Below are positions 59,101 to 64,000 of a stretch of 64,000 nucleotides of DNA, piece after piece; position 1 is the first letter of the stretch, and each line of letters begins with the position of its first letter. The position numbers and the translations under genes are program-made. The notes beneath the pieces are model-generated. The model was not told the DNA's origin, ran no database searches, and saw only the letters and a program-made list of their open reading frames with translations. The stretch comes from Botryllus schlosseri (lineage: Eukaryota), in contig CM119371.1 in assembly GCA_051294905.1 (NCBI GenBank), positions 18,850,001 through 18,914,000 of the forward strand, written 5' to 3'.

Positions 59101-62100
59101 TCAAGTAACGTTGGGCCAGGTTAGTACTTGCATGGGTGACCGGCTGGGAATACCGGGTGTAGTAGGCGGCTTTTTCATTTTTTTCGCACAAACTCGGTCA
59201 ATTTGATCGCTGCGCTGTATTCACGTATGAAGTATCGCGCGAAATTTGTAATTGTAGTCGGCCTAACGCATTTTCATTATATCGCAATCGTCTTAAAGAA
59301 ACGGACAATGTCACATAAAACGGCAGAAACTGACAGGATCTGTCGCCTACGACCATACTACGTTGAATATACCCGATCTCGGAAGTCAAGTAACGTTGGG
59401 CCCGGTTAGTACTTGCATGGGTGACCGGCTGGGAATACCGGGTGTAGTAGGCGGCATTTTCATGTTTTGTGCGCAAACTCGATCAATTTGATCGCTGCGC
59501 TGTATTCACGTATGAAGTATCGCGCGAAATTTGTAATTGTAGTCGGCCTAACACATTTTCATGATATAGCAATCTCGTGCTGTTTTGACATGACGAAAAT
59601 TCCAATAAAATAACTACTCTGACAGCGAGAGCTTACTTGTCTGTTTTTCGACCAGACACAAGAACAGAGCAGGACGCCAATGATATTCGACCTCTAATTG
59701 GTCAGAAAGTGCCTCGGCGCAATAAGACTATCTACTATTCTGGCGTCTCGTCGACAGCATGGTGACGGAAATTGTCACATAAAACGGCACAAATCGTAAC
59801 CACTGTCGCCTACGACCATACCACGTTGAATACACCCGATCTCGTCCGATCTCGGAAGTCAAGCAATGTTGGGCCCGGTTAGTACTTGCATGGGTGACCG
59901 GCTGGGAATACCGGGTGTAGGTAGGCGGCTTTTGCATTTTTTGTGCGCAAACTCGATCGTTTTGATTGTAACTGTTTTGTATGCGCACGTAGGCCTACGT
60001 ACAACTATGATTGTCATCATTTGCTGGCCGCCGCTTATTTCAATTGGTAGTTATACTAGGCCTGACACATTGTCATTATATCGAAATCTCGTGCTGTTTT
60101 CACATGACGAAAAGTGCAATAAAATAACTACTCTGACAGCGAGAGCTTACTTGTGTGTTTGTCGACAAGATACAAGAACAGAGCAGGATGCCAACGATAT
60201 TCGACCACTGGCAGATGGGTCGAAAATGCCCCGGCGCAATCAGACAATGTGCTTTTCTGGCGTCTCGTCGACAGCATGGCGACGGAAATTGTCACATAAA
60301 ACGGCACAGATCGTAACCGCTGTCGCCTACGACCATACCACGTTGAATACACCCGATCTCGTCCGATCTCGGAAGTCAAGCAATGTTGGGCCCGGTTAGT
60401 ACTTGCATGGGTGACCGGCTGGGAATACCGGGTGTAGGTAGGCGGCTTTTGCACTGTTGTCGCACAAACTCGATCAATTCGATTGCTGTGCACTATTCTC
60501 ATATGAACTATCCCGCGGAATTTGTAATTGTAGTCGGCCTAACGCATTTTAATTTTATCGCAATCGCCTTATGCTTAGAGAAACGGACAATGTCACATAA
60601 AACGGCAGAAACTGTCACAATCTGTCGCCTACGACCATACCACGTTGAATATACCCGATCTCGTCCGATCTCGGAAGTCAAGCAACGTTGGGCCCGGTTA
60701 GTACTTGCATGGGTGACCGGCTGGGAATACCGGGTGTAGGTAGGCGGCTTTTGGACTTTTTTCGCACAAACTCGATCAATTTGATTGCACGTACATCTAT
60801 GAATGTCATCATTTGCTGGCCGCCGCTTCTTTCAGCTATGAACTCGCGCTCAATTTGTAGTTGTACGGGGCCGTTTTCAATATATCGCCATCTCGTGCCG
60901 TTTTGGCATGACGAGAATTGCAATAAAATAAACTCTGACACGGAGAGCTTAAGTTTTATGTATGTTTTTCGACCAGTTCGTCCGAAAGTGCCTCAGAGCA
61001 ATCAGACAATCTGCTTTTCAGGCGTCTCGTTGACAGCGTGGCGACGGAAATTGTCACATAAAACGGCACAGATCGTAACCGCTGTCGCCTACGACCATAT
61101 ACCACGTTGAATACACCCGATCTCGTCCGATCTCGGAATTCAAGCAACGTTGGGCCCGGTTAGTACTTGCATGGGTGACCGGCAGGGAATACCGGGTGTA
61201 GTATTAGGCTGCTTTTGCATTTTTGTCGTACAAACTCGATCAATTCGATTGCTGTGCACTATTCTCATATGAACTATCGCGCGAAATTTGTAATTGTAGT
61301 CGGCCTAACGCATTTTCATTATATCGCAAACACCGTAGAGAAACGGACAATGTCACATAAAACGGCAGAAACTGTCACAATCTGTCGCCTACGACCATAC
61401 CACGTTGAATATACCCGATCTCGTCCGATCTCGGAAGTCAAGCAACGTTGGGCCCGGTTAGTACTTGCATGGGTGACCGGCTGGGAATACCGGGTGTAGG
61501 TAGGCGGCTTTTGGACTTTTTTCGCACAAACTCGATCAATTTGATTGCACGTACATCTATGAATGTCATCATTTGCTGGCCGCCGCTTCTTTCAGCTATG
61601 AACTCGCGCTCAATTTGTAGTTGTACGGGGCCGTTTTCAATATATCGCCATCTCGTGCCGTTTTGGCATGACGAGAATTGCAATAAAATAAACTCTGACA
61701 CGGAGAGCTTAAGTTTTATGTGTGTTTTTCGACCAGTTCGTCCGAAAGTGCCTCAGAGCAATCAGACAATCTGCTTTTCAGGCGTCTCGTTGACAGCGTG
61801 GCGACGGAAATTGTCACATAAAACGGCACAGATCGTAACCGCTGTCGCCTACGACCATACCACGTTGAATACACCCTATCTCGTCCGATCTCGGAAGTCA
61901 AGCAACGTTGGGCCCGGTTAGTACTTGCATGGGTGACCGGCAGGGAATACCGGGTGTAGTATTAGGCTGCTTTTGCATTTTTGTCGTACAAACTCGATCA
62001 ATTCGATTGCTGTGCACTATTCTCATATGAACTATCGCGCGAAATTTGTAATTGTAGTCGGCCTAACGCATTTTCATTATATCGCAAACGCCGTAGAGAA

Positions 62101-64000
62101 ACGGACAATGTCACATAAAACGGCAGAAACTGTCACAATCTGTCGCCTACGACCATACCACGTTGAATATACCCGATCTCGTCCGATCTCGGAAGTCAAG
62201 TAACGTTGGGCCCGGTTAGTACTTGCATGGGTGACCGGCTGGGAATACCGTGTGTAGTAGGCGGCATTTTCATTTTTTTCGCACAAACTCGATCAATTTG
62301 ATCGCTGCGCTGTATTCACGTATGAAGTATCGCGCGAAATTTGTAATTGTAGTCGGCCTAACGCATTTTCATTATATCGCAATCGTCTTAGAGAAACGGA
62401 CAATGTCACATAAAACGGCAGAAACTGTCACGATCTGTCGCCTACGACCATACCACGTTGAATATACCCGATCTCGGAAGTCAAGTAACGTTGGGCCCGG
62501 TTAGTACTTGCATGGGTGACCGGCTGGGAATACCGGGTGTAGTAGGCGGCTTTTTCATTTTTTTCGCACAAACTCGATCAATTTGATCGCTGCGCTGTAT
62601 TCACGTATGAAGTATCGCGCGAAATTTGTAATTGTAGTCGGCCTAACGCATTTTCATTATATCGCAATCGTCTTAAAGAAACGGACAATGTCACATAAAA
62701 CGGCAGAAACTGACAGGATCTGTCGCCTACGACCATACTACGTTGAATATACCCGATCTCGGAAGTCAAGTAACGTTGGGCCCGGTTGGTACTTGCATGG
62801 GTGACCGGCTGGGAATACCGGGTGTAGTAGGCGGCTTTTTCATTTTTTTCGCACAAACTCGATCAATTTGATCACTGCGCTGTATTCACGTATGAAGTAT
62901 CGCGCGAAATTTGTAATTGTAGTCGGCCTAACACATTTTCATGATATCGCAATCTCGTGCTGTTTTGACATGACGAAAATTCCAATAAAATAACTACTCT
63001 GACAGCGAGAGCTTACTTGTCTGTTTTTCGACCAGACACAAGAACAGAGCAGGACGCCAATGATATTCGACCTCTAATTGGTCAGAAAGTGCCTCGGCGC
63101 AATAAGACTATCTACTATTCTGGCGTCTCGTCGACAGCATGGCGACGGAAATTGTCACATAAAACGGCACAAATCGTAACCACTGTCGCCTACGACCATA
63201 CCACGTTGAATACACCCGATCTCGTCCGATCTCGGAAGTCAAGCAATGTTGGGCCCGGTTAGTACTTGCATGGGTGACCGGCTGGGAATACAGGGTGTAG
63301 GTAGGCGGCTTTTGCATTTTTTGTGCGCAAACTCGATCGTTTTGATTGCAACTGTTTTGTATGCGCACGTAGGCCTACGTACAACTATGATTGTCATCAT
63401 TTGCTGGCCGCCGCTTATTTCAATTGGTAGTTATACTAGGCCTGACACATTGTCATTATATCGAAATCTCGTGCTGTTTTCACATGACGAAAAGTGCAAT
63501 AAAATAACGACTCTGACAGCGAGAGCTTACTTGTGTGTTTGTCGACAAGATACAAGAACAGAGCAGGATGCCAACGATATTCGACCACTGGCAGATGGGT
63601 CGAAAATGCCCCGCCGCAATCAGACAATGTGCTTTTCTGGCGTCTCGTCGACAGCATGGCGACGGAAATTGTCACATAAAACGGCACAGATCGTAACCGC
63701 TGTCGCCTACGACCATACCACGTTGAATACACCCGATCTCGTCCGATCTCGGAAGTCAAGCAATGTTGGGCCCGGTTAGTACTTGCATGGGTGACCGGCT
63801 GGGAATACCGGGTGTAGGTAGGCGGCTTTTGCACTTTTGTCGCACAAACTCGATCAATTCGATTGCTGTGCACTATTCTCATATGAACTATCCCGCGGAA
63901 TTTGTAATTGTAGTCGGCCTAACGCATTTTAATTATATCGCAATCGCCTTATGCTTAGAGAAACGAACAATGTCACATAAAACGGCAGAAACTGTCACAA
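56139..64000 (+). rRNA. 5S rDNA array block (about 21 units; last complete gene 63705-63823)
   Basis: Tandem 5S cores with the same spacer classes as 26755-46038. Confidence 0.95.

Noticed and set aside
298..63882. Many recurring 60-177 aa ORFs (MCEKNEK..., MIAALYS..., MHFCRTN..., MGPVSTC...)
   Set aside because: Chance frames across 5S genes and spacers; they recur only because the DNA is repeated

Overview
Eukaryotic, probably animal, 5S rDNA tandem array of roughly 100-110 + strand 5S units (hand estimate). It has several spacer classes, arranged in higher-order repeats of 2906, 3851, 1801 and 2167 bp. The main signal is an L1/Tx1-clade non-LTR retrotransposon (gag-like ORF1 plus APE-RT-CCHC ORF2) present in three independent, diverged copies. 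All three 3' ends sit at the same base of the 5S gene (before nt 69, GGGCC^CGGTTAG, inside the Pol III internal control region), so this is a 5S-rDNA-specific retrotransposon, reminiscent of the fish Mutsu family. The three copies have three different 5' junctions: an 8-10 bp TSD, a duplicated upstream 5S segment, and a 360-bp target deletion with a 7-mer stutter. A Penelope-like element (RT + GIY-YIG) with inverted 170-bp repeats, each carrying a minimal hammerhead ribozyme, is nested in copy 3. The spacers also hold a co-amplified LINE 3' fragment, a hAT-type MITE and a 5.8-kb CCC-terminal DNA transposon with further nested elements. The 5S genes show a possible 3-bp helix I extension and an amplified 10-bp-deletion variant. 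The organism cannot be determined from the sequence alone.
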